This document shows, piece after piece, positions 46,610 through 59,959 of a stretch of DNA of 64,000 nucleotides; the first letter of the stretch is position 1, and each line of letters opens with the position of its first letter. The notes under the pieces are model-generated. The model had not been told where the DNA came from and made no database searches. It was given only the letters and a program-made list of their open reading frames with translations. The position numbers were made by a program, and so were the translations under genes. The DNA is taken from NCBI GenBank assembly GCA_047967505.1, contig CM106538.1. One strand, 5' to 3'. The DNA is from Dipteris shenzhenensis (taxonomy: Eukaryota).

Positions 46610-49600
46610 CCCCTTTCGGAATCAAATGAATGAGGCCCTCTGTAACTGAGTTTGGCATCTCACCCGAGTCCCAGACACCCTGCAGGACTGAGGTAATGTG
46701 ATCCCCAATCTGATCCCAAAAAGTAATAAAAAATAAGGGGGTGAGCCCATCTGAACCAGGACACTTGCCCTTGTGAAGGGTAGAGAGAGCAGTCCTGAAC
46801 TCTACGTTGGTGAAGGGTGCATCGAGTGAAACAGTCATTTCTCGTGTCACCAACCCCGGTAAGTGCCACCAAATAACCACTCTAGCATCGTCTGTGGCGT
46901 GAGTGTCATGATCTGCTGTAAGAAGGGAGGCATAGAAATCGGTGGCAACCTACAAGACATCATCTATATGTGTCTGAAGAACTCCGCCTGAGTCAACAAG
47001 CTATGAGATGCTTCAGGATTTGCTGTAAGAAGGGAGGCATAGAAATCGGTGGCAACCTGCAAGATAGCATCTATGTGTCTGAAGAACTCCGCCTGAGTTA
47101 ACAAGCTATGAGACGCTCTCCCTACTATGTCTAGGGCCAAGAGTAGAGAAGAAATGCTTGTTGACCCTTCCTCCCGTATGAGTCCAAAATGACTCTCTGG
47201 CATGAAAGGCATACTCTGCTCTCTGATCTAAGAGTAATTGTTGATGAGCCTTTGCTGCAGCAAGGCGCTCCTGAATCCAAGCATTTGTAGGCCTCTTCTA
47301 CTCCTCCCTCTGAAGGACAGCCAACTGCTGGTGGATACCTATCTCACGCCTGAGGATCTCACCCCTCTTGATATGAGCAATTGAAAAATAAAAGTCACTA
47401 ATATTAGAGAGGGCTGTAGTCCATTTTGCAAATGAGATACCCAAGTCCTCAACACTATCTCTGTAAGGTTCTTCTTTGCATAAAAAGAATTTGGAATCCT
47501 AACACTAGTAGAGTGGCGCCTCACATGGGGATCTGAGACCATCAAAACCATTGGAACATGATCTGAGTGGACACCCCAGCTGCAATGCAAACAGTACCAC
47601 CTCTGTCAAGAGCCTAATCATCCACATAAAACCTATCAATCCGTGCGTGTATAGGCATCTGCAATCTCCCGTTCGACCAAGAAAACATGAGAGAATGTGG
47701 TTGAGTGTGAAAAGAATCATCGTGCCAAGCATCCGTGCCATTATACTAAAAAAGGAAGGCATCCCACGTTGCTCTCTGTAGGGAGTGAATGCCACCTTCT
47801 CTCTCACCCCTTTTGTTTGAGGTCATTTCAACCATGTTGAAATCACCCCCTATAATCCAAGCATCTGCAATATGTGACCAAGAGAGCAGTTCCTTTCACA
47901 AAAGAACACGAACACGATCCCCTCTAAAATTGGATGCATACAGGTTTGAAAGACCAACCTTATGCCCACCATTCAAAAGAAAAATCCACTGAGCTTTGGA
48001 AGGGACTATGATCCCATGTCCACCAATCACCAAAGAGAGTATAGAAGAAGAAACATAAATGCAAGTACCTCCCCTAGTGCCCAAGGCGGGTGACCAAAAA
48101 GTATGGCCTGAAAGAAGCTTACTTAACTTGGCACAATCTCTGACATCCAATTTGTGTTCTTGAATCATCAGAATGTCCATGGGGCCCCCAGTAACACCTG
48201 GATAAAGTTGGTTACAAATCAGCTTCTTGCGTCGACGGTGAGGTACACCCCTGAGGCCCTGAATGTTGTAATTGACAATCCTCATCTGCGCAAGAGGAGG
48301 AGGTCAGATGGAATATCCTACTCGACTTGGTTGTGGAGAAAGCCCTCTCCTGCGAAAAGTTCTTCCTATCAAGAGGAGGGAAGTCAAATGGGGAAAGCAC
48401 ACCCACACTTGTTAAGGGGGAAACTCTGTCCACGAATGTCTGAAAGATGTGCTCCCTTAGCGTAGAGGGTATAAACTACTCCTTTGCCTCAAACTCAGCC
48501 AAGTTTGCCAGAACTGAAAATGAATTCCTACGAGTACCTTTGGTGTAGGAGTGCGAAGGAGCCCTACGGAAGGAGGAGTGAAACCAATAATGCCCTTACC
48601 TTTGTCAGGTGTAAACAGATCTGTAAGAGAAGAAGGGGGTTGTCGCTGCATGACCTCTGCATGAATCTTCATGACCTCAGCCATGACTTTGGCATTGTTC
48701 TCAAGTAAGGCACGGGTCTCTCAAATAAGGCACGGGCCCCATCAGGGGTAGCATGAGGGACTAGCTCCCCAACTCTAAGAGGCACCCAATGATGGACGAC
48801 CAAAGGAGGACGTGCTGACTATCCTGTCGGTGCTGTAGAAGTGTTAGGAAGAGAGGCTGATGGTCCTGGCTATGAAGCCGAAGTTCTAGCAGCATGTGAG
48901 GTGATAGGAACTGATTGTGATAAAGGTCCAGGTCGGGTGAAGCTATGAGGCGCACCTAAGGATCTTTTTGGCCTTTTCTTTTTCCTTGGGCAATGTCTAG
49001 CAAAATGCCCAAGGGTCTTGCAAATCCTACACTAATTCTGTCTCCTTGTAATCTGGACTCTCTGTCAGAAGGAGCCATCTGGACGTTGAAGCATAATGTG
49101 GTCATCCGAGATGTTAGGGTCAGAGACAATGACCCTAACACGCGGTACCCCATCGGACTCGACTGCCTCTGCTGCTGAAGTAGGCATCTCAGGGAGAGGG
49201 GGGATCTCAGTAACCACTCCAAAGGCGGCTCCAATGGAATGTAGCAGTTGATGGCACACCTGAGGAAGGCCTGGAAATCTGATGAAGAGTGACGTCGTCT
49301 GGCTGTCCTCCTCGACAGACCCTAGTCTCCTCAAGCCTCTTCCACGAGCCTTCTCTCCCTCTTGTAGATATTCTCTTATGTAGACTCTTGAGTCCATCTC
49401 TCTCTAGTTCATTCTCTCTCTATGAGTAGTCTTGGAGCTTTCGCTCCCTTTTTTTAGAGAGTGTTTTGAGCTAAGTGTAAAGGTGTCCATGAAGGAGGTG
49501 CAATGTTTCCTTGGAACCTACCCATCCGACCCAATCAGCCCGCATCAAACCTCAAAGAAAAAGGGGTTAAAAAAATCCTTTTGAAGCCCAGTCCTAACGG

Positions 49601-49915
49601 GCTAGCCTGCAGCACTGTACGTGCTACGTCCGAGGAGTCAAAAACAATCTGGAAGAAACCTCGCCCAAGTAGACGAACATTTGTGAACTGCCTTGCGAGG
49701 TCTCAAGAAGAGTGGCGAGCATCCAGTCCTTGGCATGGATGCGAGCAAAGAGCGATGTCAAGCTCTCCTATTCAGTATCTTTTTTGAACTGCTGCAACTC
49801 ATCTTTTGAGAAAGTGATGGTTTTCACGACTAGTGGAAGAGGGCGAGGATTGGCTAAAGGTTGGGCCGTCATCAATCAAGGTGTGAAGGCCGACTAGAAC
49901 ACAAAAAGCTCTATT
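46610..49915 (-). mobile_element. L1 family A copy 3 (ORF1, EN and start of RT), degenerate
   Basis: ORF2 start MRIVNYNIQGLRG at 48285, [25 protein letters not shown]; colinear with 5990-9000. Confidence 0.9.
49319..49547 (-). mobile_element. About 230-bp insertion in L1 ORF1, probably a truncated LTR
   Basis: Absent from copy 1 at the homologous site (about 8600); begins TGATGCGG on minus. Confidence 0.5.
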
Positions 49916-49934
49916 CGACCAAAAGTGCTAAAAA

Positions 49935-50410
49935 AAGGGCTAGGAAGAGTAGGATGAGGAAGGAAAGAGAAGAAGTAGGGGGGGGATGAGGGAGGGTAGA
50001 GTGAGGGCTAAGGGAGAGGAGGATAGTAGGGAGGGAGAGGGAGAGGGTGAGGGCTAAGGGGAGAAGGGGCAGTAGGGGGAGAGGGAGAGAGTGAAGGGGG
50101 CAGCAGGAGGGAGAGGGTGAGGGCTAAGGGAAAGGGGGTAGCAGCAGGGCGGGAGAGGACACGGAGGAAGGTCGGGGAGGGAAGGGGGAGAAGAGGGTAG
50201 ATGGAGAGGGAGAAGGGCTAGGGAGGAGAGGGAAGGGCGGAGAGGCTAGGGGAGTCAGGGTGGAGAAGAGAGGGCAGGCAGGGATGGGTTCGTACGGCCG
50301 TATGACAATGAGGGCAGCAAGGGAGTGGGGTAGAGAGGAGAGGCCAGCAGCGAGGTAGAGAGGAGAGGGTGGTGAGGTTGAGAGGAGCTACGAGAGGGAG
50401 AAGAGCAGGA
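49935..50410. repeat. G/A-rich tract at the 5' side of L1-A copy 3
   Basis: Purine-rich, with repeated gagagggtgagggctaaggg. Confidence 0.85.
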
Positions 50411-50555
50411 AGCTCATTTTGGTGCCTTTTAGCCAAGAAAGAAAATAGCCCTCAAGAAGGACCAACGTAACGTTGAAAATTTTAGAAAAAGGAAAAGAAA
50501 AGAAATGCGGTTAAGTTTGCATTCAATGAGGACACTTGTGCTACTTTATTATATC

Positions 50556-50836
50556 TGACGTAGGGTGCATAATTTGCTATTTCTAAGATCATCGACGCAT
50601 CTGGAGTGGGCGAAAACCCCCAAAAAGGCTTTTGAAATGCTAAAAAAGGGCCCCTGGAGGAGGCCCAGAAAAGGCCAAAAAGGCTCGGAAAGCAACTCGT
50701 ACAAATGAAAGCGATTTGACAGGTTGGACCTCCAGCTGCCTGTTTTCGACATTTCAAAAGCCTTTTTTGGGGATTTTGGCCCGCGGTCTGGATGCGCCGG
50801 TGATGTCAGAAATAGCAAATTATGCACTGTACATCA
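50556..50836. repeat. Degenerate inverted repeat (arms about 85 bp), MITE/foldback-like
   Basis: gtgcataatttgctatttct..aaaaaggcttttgaaatg (50556-50639) versus catttcaaaagcctttt..agaaatagcaaattatgcac (50750-50836). Confidence 0.75.
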
Positions 50837-51054
50837 GTGGGGTTATGTCATATTTTATTATTTTAGAGGAAAGAAAATTGAAGAAATCATGAATTTCTCT
50901 CAGGGCCCCAAAATGAGCTCCCTTTTTTCCTAATGAGCACAGAGGGGAGAGGGAGGGAGGGCCATATAGTCGTACAGCTGAGGAGAGGGGGAGCAATAGC
51001 AAGTTCGGGGAGGAGCAACAGCTCTTTTTTGAGCCTAGCGATTTTGAAACTAAG

Positions 51055-51720
51055 TGTAATGTGATTGAGAGATGATGATTGAGAAATCAATGGAGAAATT
51101 AGTGGAGCTTGCCTCTCATGTATGTATCAAGTGCCTATATATTGGCCTTCTCTCATGAATCAAGTACAAGAGTTATTTAACATGTGGTATTAGAGCCACC
51201 ACATCCTCCTTGAGTCTTACATTTAGTGCCATGTCATCATCTTCACTCTCTTCTTCTCCATTTTCCCCCCTTTTTGAGAAGAATTTCCAAACACTTGTTC
51301 TCCCTCTATAGGAGACCATGTCCAAAATGTTTTGAGCTGTAGAATCCTCTCGATAGGGCAAATTACTCCATTCAAGCAATTAGTGAAATATTGCTCTAGT
51401 TGCCCATGCCGATAGCTTCTTCAATGGGCAAACTTTTGCATAATTTCGTGAACGCATTTGGTCCATAGACGAAGGAAAAGCCAATTGATTTTGAAGAAGT
51501 TCTCACCAGCGACTTGGCGCATATTTTCAGACATCTTCTGGTATAGATATTGTCCACTAGTAGGGGCTTCTTTTGCCACCAAAATCCCCTTCATAGGCCC
51601 TATAATCAGGGTGAATTCCACCCTCCAGCCGATCTCTATCTCTACAAGAAAATTTCTTCATATTTTGGTCAAAGACAGTTGACCAAGCAATCAAAATTTG
51701 GGGCTTTTATACTTGAGTGA
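51055..51720 (+). mobile_element. Old LTR-element remnant: short LTR, PBS-like site and gag trace
   Basis: TGTAA..TAACA (51055-51182), then tggtattagagcc; PATWRIFSDIFWYRYCP resembles a gag motif. Confidence 0.45.
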
Positions 51721-52242
51721 AAGTTTTATATATGTTTACTGTGTTTCACCACGAGAACTCAGTCATGAAGCTTATATTCGCCATTATACTCTTGCTTTTC
51801 TATGCGGATGATATGATGCTTGTGCTCTTGAAGAATATCTTCTCAAGTTCCACTTGCTTGAGTCGATTTGTCAAATCTTGTAAGGCATTAGACATTGTCC
51901 ATGTGGTAAGACCTTGCCTAGAAGGAAAGCTTTGCTTCATTGACACAAAGTATAATGCAATGGACAAGTAAGTTTATGAGTTTGATACAGTGGTGGCTTG
52001 GAAACGACGCCAGAAAAAGATTGCCATCAGGGGGGACAAATTCCCCACATCTTCAACTTAATTGTTTGTGTGTGTGGTCAATAAGGGTTCTCTGCCTTGG
52101 GATGTCCCCCTTAAATGATTGTTACATGTTTGAGCTTTTACCGTGTTAGACCCATGGGAATTCCCCATGCATACTCATTGTCTAGTCTGCCAATTGTAAA
52201 CCAAGAGACCAAAGTCAAAGTGAGATCATGTTGGGGTGAAGA

Positions 52243-55200
52243 TGAAAGCCAAAGGAGTTTCCTACTCCAATCACGCGTGATGCGCATACCAAGAATATGA
52301 TCTGCAAGTCCCAAATCCTTCATATCAAAGGCCTCATGCAACTTGGCCTTTAATGCATCTAGCTCATAAGTATTCTTGCTAGCCAATAGCATATCATCCA
52401 CATATAGTGCCAAGATTATCAGGCTATTATCCTTAGCCCTTTTAGTGTAGAGGCAGTGATCAATTTCACTCCATCTAAAACCCTGGGATCGAATGAAAGC
52501 ATCAAACTTCTGATACCATTCTCTAGGTGCTTGCTTAAGACCATAGAGGCTCTTCTTCAGCTTGCAAACTAAATGCTCTTTGCCCTTTTCTTTAAAGCCT
52601 TCCAGCTGCACCATGTAAATTTCCTCATGCAAATCCCCATGCAAGAAAGCTGTCTTGACATCCATCTGCATAAGCTCCATATCCTCTGATGCCACTAGTC
52701 CAAGCATGCATCTAAGTGTGGTCATCTTCACAACTGGAGAGAATATCTCATCAAAGTCCACACACTTCTCTTGCTTGAACCCTTTAGCGACCAAACGGGC
52801 CTTGTACCTAGGCACATCATCACCTGTGACCTTCATCTTGTAGACCCATTTACATGGCAATGCTTTCTTTCCATGTGGCAAAGAAACCAAGTCCCAAGTC
52901 TTATTATTCATAAGTGAACTCATCTATGATTGCATAGCATACTCCCACTTGCGTTAATCCTCGCACATCATAGCCTCTCTGTAGCAAGAAGGCTCCCCGC
53001 AATCAGTAAGCATCACATAGTCTACCCTTGGAACAAACCTATCAGGCAGTCTAGACACTCTAGATGATCTTCTCAAGTGCATAATACATGCACGAGTCAG
53101 CTGCATCTTTTGATGCTTTGAGCTTTGAGTTTTGGTGATATTTCAGTCTATTGTGGCATACACATTTGGGTGCACCTGGTATTTGGTGTGATTCTCTCTT
53201 ACAGGCACTAGCATTTGGGATTTTGCTTTATTTCCATTATGGCATCCTCTTCCATGTCTAAAAAGGAGTTTTTCAACATTAAAAAGTTTGATGGGACAAA
53301 CTTTTCTTTGTAGAAAGAACAGATAAGGGATGTGCTTATTCAAAAGAAGCAGATTAAACCCTTGGCAGGGATTGAAGCTAAGCTTGCAAATATGTTTGAG
53401 GATGATTCGAATGAGTTGGATGCGTTAGCAAAGTCTACTATTAGACTTCATCTTGCAGAGTCAGTTTATTTCACAGTAGTAAATGAGCAGACTACTAAAG
53501 ATTTGTGGAAGAAACTGTGTGCCACTTATGAGAAGGAAACCGCCTCTAATTAAGTTTACCTCATGAAGAGGTTGTTTGAGCTATAGATAAAGGAAGGGGT
53601 CTCTATTGCTTCTCACTTGAATGAATTCAATATTATTTTCAGCCAGCTTCAGGCTCAGAAGATGAATTTTGATGCGGAGACTAAGGCAATATTTCTCTTA
53701 TGTTCATTGCCATCCTCATGGGATACCTTTCGTATAGCTATCAGTAACTTTGCACCTAGTGGAGTACTAAAGTTTGATGATGTTGTGGGTAGCTTTTTGG
53801 TTGAGGAGATTAGACGAAGGTCTATGGATGGCAACAAGCAGGATGCAGCCTTAAATGTGCAAAGGGGCAGATCACAGTTCAGGGGAAAGTCCCAAGAAAG
53901 AGGGAAGTCTTGTAGCAAATCCAAGGCACGGAACATTGAGTGTTACCACTGTGGCAAGACGAGCCATATGAAAAAGGATTGCTACAAGCTGAAAAGAGAG
54001 CAAAAGGATAAGAAAAAGAATGCAAATTGGGGTGCAAATAAGAAGGAAGAGAGTCCAAGGGAGAACAAGGGAAAAGTGAAGATTGAGGAGATCAATGCAG
54101 TCACATATGATAGTGACAATGACATTCTCTTCATGTCTAGTTTATCTGCAGAGTTGCTTACCACTTCAGATGATGCATATTCCTAGGATTGGATTTTGGA
54201 TTCTGGAGCTTCATTCCATGTTGCTCCCCATAGGGAATGGTTCTCCACTTATGACACTGGAAAGACAGGTTGTGTGCATCTTGGAAATGACTATGCATGT
54301 GACATAGTGGGAGTAGGTGACATAAAGTTTTCTTTTGCAAATGGGTCTGCATTTGTTTTGAAACATGTGACCAAGAGTCTTATTTCAATGGGTCAGCTAG
54401 ATGTTGCTGGTTTTTACACCACTTTTGGCTTTCAAATTCAGAAGGGCTCTATGCTTTTGGCTAGGGGTGCCAAGTGTGGGACTTTGTATCCCTTACATGT
54501 CTCAGGGGTATTTGATTATGCTGATGCAATAACTGAGCAGCCAAGCACTTCTTTGTGGCATTGCAGGTTAGGGCACATGAGCCAGAATGGAATGAAACTC
54601 TTATGCCGTTTGGGTTGTCTCTTATGCCGTTTGGGTTGTCTCTTATGCCGTTTGGGTTGTGTACTGCATTTGAGTTTCTCTGATTTTGAATTTCATGAGC
54701 ACTGTCTCTATGGGAAGCAGACTAAATCAGCCCATAAAAGAAGGGGAAAGAAAGAGTTTGAAAAGTTTGATTTGGTGCATTCAGATGTATGTGGTCCCAT
54801 GCCTACACGATCATAAGCGGGGTTGAATACTATGTGACATTCATTGATGATGCAACTAGGAAAGTGTGGGCTTATGCTACAGCTCGGAAGAGTGATGTGT
54901 TCCAGGTATTTTAGAAATGACTGGCCTTGGTTGAGAATCAGTCAGGTAGAACGCTTAAATGCCTATGGACTGACAATGGTGGAGAGTATCTCTCTCATGA
55001 CTTTCAGCATTTCTATGATACATGTGGGATTAAGAGGGAGCTCACATCCCCTCGTACTCCAGAGCAAAATCCAGTTGCAGAAAAGATGAACCGTACCATT
55101 CAAGAAAGGTTGCAATGCATGCTTTCCAATGTAAGTCTTCCTGGTGGTTTTTAGGCTGAGGCAATGAAGACTGCAGTGCATGTGATCAATAGATCACCTA

Positions 55201-57141
55201 GTAAGAGTTTGGATGGTGGTATTCCTAAAGAGGCATGGAGTGGCAAGAAGCCCTCTTACTCTCATTTGTGTATATTTGGGTGTCAGACATATGCACATGT
55301 GCCAAAAGATCTTCGAAAGAAGCTAGATCCTAAGTCTTGGAAATGCATCTTTCTGGGTAATGGTGAAAGTGGAGAGATGGGCTATCGTCTATGGGATGCA
55401 GAAGCAAGAAGATCATATGCAGCCATGATGTAGTTTTCAATGAGAAGAAGATGCATAAGGCACCCATGAGGGATGTGGAAATGAGAAGAATCACTTTCTA
55501 GGATGTGAATCCACCTACATATGTTGATAGACAGCAAGCTGTCCATGCACCAAATGTGCAAGAAATAGTACCACCGAATACTCCCACAGGTACACAATCA
55601 AGGGTAGATGATGGATCATTTATTGGTAGAAATGATGAGCCAAATGTGGCTGATATGCAGGTGGGACAGCAAGCTGAAATGCAAATCTGGCCCAAAAGAA
55701 AATGCCAACTGTAATGGCAATCCAAAATGCCAATAAGTACCAAAGGCTCAAGCATAAACACCGTCCATGGGCATATGCATCAATAATATCTCATCCAAGA
55801 GAGCATAACACTATCAGTGCATCACCTGCAATGTGTTAAGGCTTTCCCTTAGCATAATATAGCATCCATGTGTAAAGCGTCCATAAAAATAGCATCCCAC
55901 AAGGCAATCTGGGCCTATCAGCACATCCAATAAGGATCGCAATGCATCTAAATGACCTATAAATCATCCACTGCAACCCAATGCACACCACGAATGAGCG
56001 CACATGGCTCAAATTGCAACTAGAGTGATCTGCATAAGGTATTCTCAAGAAATCATGGTCCCATGGAAAAGACCGCCACTAAAAATGGAACCTGAGATGC
56101 CTTAAAACATGGGTGCCATTGCATAATCGGACTCAACAAGAAAATTTGCAAATATCTCTCTTTTGTCGAAACTCCAAAATCCCAACCGATGAGTGAGAAA
56201 TGGGAGTCAACACTTATCCACTATCATGTGGCATAAATCTAAGGTTTCAAAACCTTAGAATGAAAAATGCATAACAAAGAGACAAAATCGAATACACGGA
56301 GATCTATAACTCTGAAAATACTCCATCGAATCACGCAAGAACTAATAGGTAGGGGTTTTTGGGCGTCCGAAATGCAATGGGATAGACGGTCTTGGAAACC
56401 GTGGTCTTAGTCACTGGGTCCAACACACGGACTGAAAAACGTTTTTGGAAACAAAACTATTTGTAAACTTCACCAGAGTGCGAATGATGAGCAACATAGA
56501 AGTTTTAGGACCTCCTGAGTCCACCGGAACTGACAGATCTACAAATGGTTGCTCCAAACTTGAGTTCCAACACCCGGGCAGAAAAACGTAGGAACTGACA
56601 TAGTGAGTTAGAAATCCAATGAAATGATCCTAGATTCAAGAATGAAGGTGTTTCCAAGCACCTGAAGTGAAGTGGACACCAAAAGCAAGCAATAGTTGCC
56701 TCTACAAGTCAATATAGAGTCTCTGTCATCGAACGGAACATGAAAAAGCTCAAAAAATGACTTTTTCTTTGAAAACACTTAACAAGCTCTCAAAACCACT
56801 TCGCAAAGCCAAAGTGACTTTTCCAAAGGTTCCTCCAAGGTCTCTACACACTCGAATGTAAGTAAAATCACCCACTAAGCTTCCCACAGAGCTTCTTCTT
56901 CCTTCCACATAGCTGTTGAGCTTCCAGGCATTCATGCATGCTCAGCTAGATTACCCGGGCTCTGATACTAGTTGAGAGTGCTCTCAACAGAAGCAAGAAC
57001 GGAAGAGGGAGAGAGAGCAACAGAGAGCCACACAAGTTTTGCTGGGTGCAGAACACCCTAATCTTCTTTTTCATTCATTTATATATGCATTTGAGTATTA
57101 TACATAATCGGGCTAAAGGCACAATGACCTTTAACCCCCAT
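52243..57141 (-). mobile_element. Ty1/Copia element (family 1), with a 2.6-kb internal inversion
   Basis: On minus: LTR remnant ~57141-56973, PBS-like tagtatcagagc (56970-56959), leader, then an inverted block 53078-55683 carrying gag-PR-INT on + (CYHCGKTSHMKKDC, LDSGAS, WHCRLGH, VHSDVCGP, TDNGGEY), then RT (YKARLVAKGF, QMDVKTAFLHG, YVDDM) at 53077-52243. Confidence 0.88.
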
Positions 57142-57965
57142 AATATCATCCACATATAGTGCCAGGAGTATCAAGCTATTATCCTTAGCCCTTTTAGTGT
57201 AGAGTCAGTGATCAATTTCACTCCTTCTAAAACCCTGGGATAGAATGAAAGCATCAAACTTCTGATACCATTCTCTAGGTACTTGCTTAAGACCATAGAG
57301 ACTCTTCTTCAGCTTGCAAACTAAATGCTCTTTGCCCTTTTCTTTAAAGCCTTTCGGTTACACCATGTAAATTTCCTCATGCAGATCCCCATGCAAGAAA
57401 GTTGTCTTGACATCCATCTGCATAAGCTCCATATCCTCTGATGCCACTAGTCCAAGCATGCATCTAAGTGTGGTCATCTTCACAACTGGAGAGAATATCT
57501 CATCAAAGTCCACACACTTCTCTTGCTTGAACCCTTTAGCGACCAAACGGGCCTTGTACCTAGGCACATCATCACCTGTGACCTTCATCTTGTAGACCCA
57601 TTTACATGGCAATGCTTTCTTTCCATGTGGCAAAGAAACCAAGTCCCAAGTCTTATTATTCATAAGTGAACTCATCTATGATTGCATAGCATACTCCCAC
57701 TTGCGTTAATCCTCGCACATCATAGCCTCTCTGTAGCAAGAAGGCTCCCCGCAATCAGTAAGCATCACATAGTCTACCCCTGAAACAAACATATTAGGTG
57801 GTCTAGACACTTTAGATGATCTTCTCAAGGGCATTTCAGCTTGCTGTCCCACCTGCATATCAACCACATTTGGCTCATCATTTCCACCAATAGATGATCC
57901 ATCATCTACCCTTGATTGTGTACCTGTGGGAGTACTTGGTGGTACCATTTCTTGCACATTTGGTG
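57142..57965 (-). mobile_element. Second Copia family 1 fragment (INT-RT linker and RT)
   Basis: 57142-57830 is nearly identical to 52390-53077; 57830-57965 is the reverse complement of about 55548-55682. Confidence 0.9.
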
Positions 57966-59890
57966 TGAAGATTGTGGGAGAGAGGGAAGGAGTCTCACTT
58001 GCGGCTTTCTCACATGCACAATGGGGGAATACACACAAAGGTGGAGGCTGAAAACAGTTTTCCTCTTCTTGGTTGTGAAAGCCAAAAGAACTCTAGTACA
58101 AAGAAATAGAAGAACCCTATATGTGGGTCTCAAAACCAAACTCAACTAACTAAGGTGGCATACTAACTGAGCCACGAACTAGTGTAGATAAGGATAGCTG
58201 TCATCCAGCTATTATTCGTGGGCGGTGTACCAATCGCATCTCCATCTAACAAGTCGGTGACATAAGTACACAACGGTCACCCTGGCATATCTCGAGTGGA
58301 GCTCAATATCTCAACACTCCCCCTCGAGCTCAATCCCAAATCCTGCACACCAAGCAGGTCTCTGAACTTGCGCAGCTTCTCTGTGCCCAATGCTTTCGTG
58401 AATATGTCAGCTACCTGATCCTCTGTGCTGACATAAAGTAGATCAATAAGACCTAGTAAAACCTTCTCCCGCACATAGTGATAATGCACCTCAATGTGCT
58501 TTGTTCTGGCATGAAAGACTGGGTTCTTTGCCAAATGTATACTACTCATGTTGTCACAATAAATGACAACTGGCCCATCTGTAGACTGATGCATATCATA
58601 GAGTAGCTTATGCAACCAAGCTACCTCACATGCAGCCATTGCTGCACCCCTGTACTCAGCCTCTGTGCTCGACAAGGCAACTGTAGGCTGTTTCTTGCTG
58701 CTCCAAGTGACTGCAGCACTCCCAAAAGAGAACACATATCCACTGGTAGATCATCTATCAGAAATGCTACTAGCCCAATCAGCATCAGTGTATCCATGCA
58801 ACTGTATCTGAACCCCAGCCTCATAAAATAGTCCATACTGCAATGTGGACTTCACATACCTGAGTATGCATCTAGCCGCATCCAAATGCGGTTTCCTTGG
58901 AGCCTGCATAAACTGACTTACCAACCCAACAGCATAGCTCAAATCTGGCCTGGTAATAGTCATGTAAATCAAACTTCCTACTATGCGTCTGTACATAGTA
59001 GGGTCTTCCAGAAGCTCACCTGCATCTGTGCTCAGCTTCACATTCTGCTCCAAAGGAACTGAAATAGGCTTACAGCCTGTCATCCCATATTTGGACAGCA
59101 TGTCCAATCCATACTGCCTCTGCAAGAGCTGTATCCCACTTGGTGATCTAATCACCTCAATGCCCAAGAAATAACGCAGCTCTCCCAAATCCTTCATCTC
59201 AAACTTCTGCCTCAATAGCATTTTCACATGAAGGATATCTTCATCACTATCACCTGTGATGATCAAATCATCAACATAAATGACCAGCAGCATAATCCCT
59301 TTCTCTGTTTTTCTCACATAGAGTGAGAAATCTACCTTGGAAATCTGACTCAGGATGAATAGCATGAACATAACCTGCTGGCTGCTCCATAAAGACCTCT
59401 TCTTGCAAATCACCATGCAAGAAGGCATTCTTTACATCCATCTGATGTAAAGACCATCCCTTTGATGCAGCCATAGCAATGGCTGCTCTTACGGTTGCCA
59501 TCCTTGCAACCGGGCTGAAAGTTTCTTCATAATCAATGCCATATGTCTGTGCATACCCCTTGACAACTAATCTTGCCTTGTATCTATTCACAGAACCATC
59601 TGCATTGTGCTTGATCTTATAAACCCACTTACAGCCAATTGCATTCTTGCCTTAAAGGCACCAATTCCCATGTAGCATTCGCATCCAAGGCATCCATTTC
59701 TTCATCCATGGCTTTCTCCCATTTTTCATTTCCCATGGCTTGCTCAAAAGAAGTGGGTTCTGGTTCCTGTATCACTTTGACCATATAGGCATAGTGAATG
59801 GCTGTAAATCCATCATATTTCAGCCTATCCACAGGATACCTAACCCTGGTAGACCTGCGCAAAATAGGCTCACTTCCAGGTGCTCTCAAA
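57966..59890 (-). mobile_element. Ty1/Copia family 2, 3' part (RT-RNase H, PPT, 3' LTR 58316-57966)
   Basis: YVDDL, TRPDLSYAV, YTDADWA, SSTEAEY, RTKHIEVHYH and QVADIFTK; PPT gagggggag then TGTTGA at 58316. An internal deletion near 59360 removes the LYGLKQ motif. Confidence 0.9.
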
Positions 59891-59959
59891 ACATCCCTGG
59901 TCTTTTTATCCTTAGCTAAGGTTTTTTCCTCCTAACAATGGTTAATGGTTGAATGGATT

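Noticed and set aside
51717-51971. ORF containing LLFYADDMML (RT-like YADD)
   Set aside because: An isolated motif with no flanking RT blocks; at most a tiny LINE remnant.
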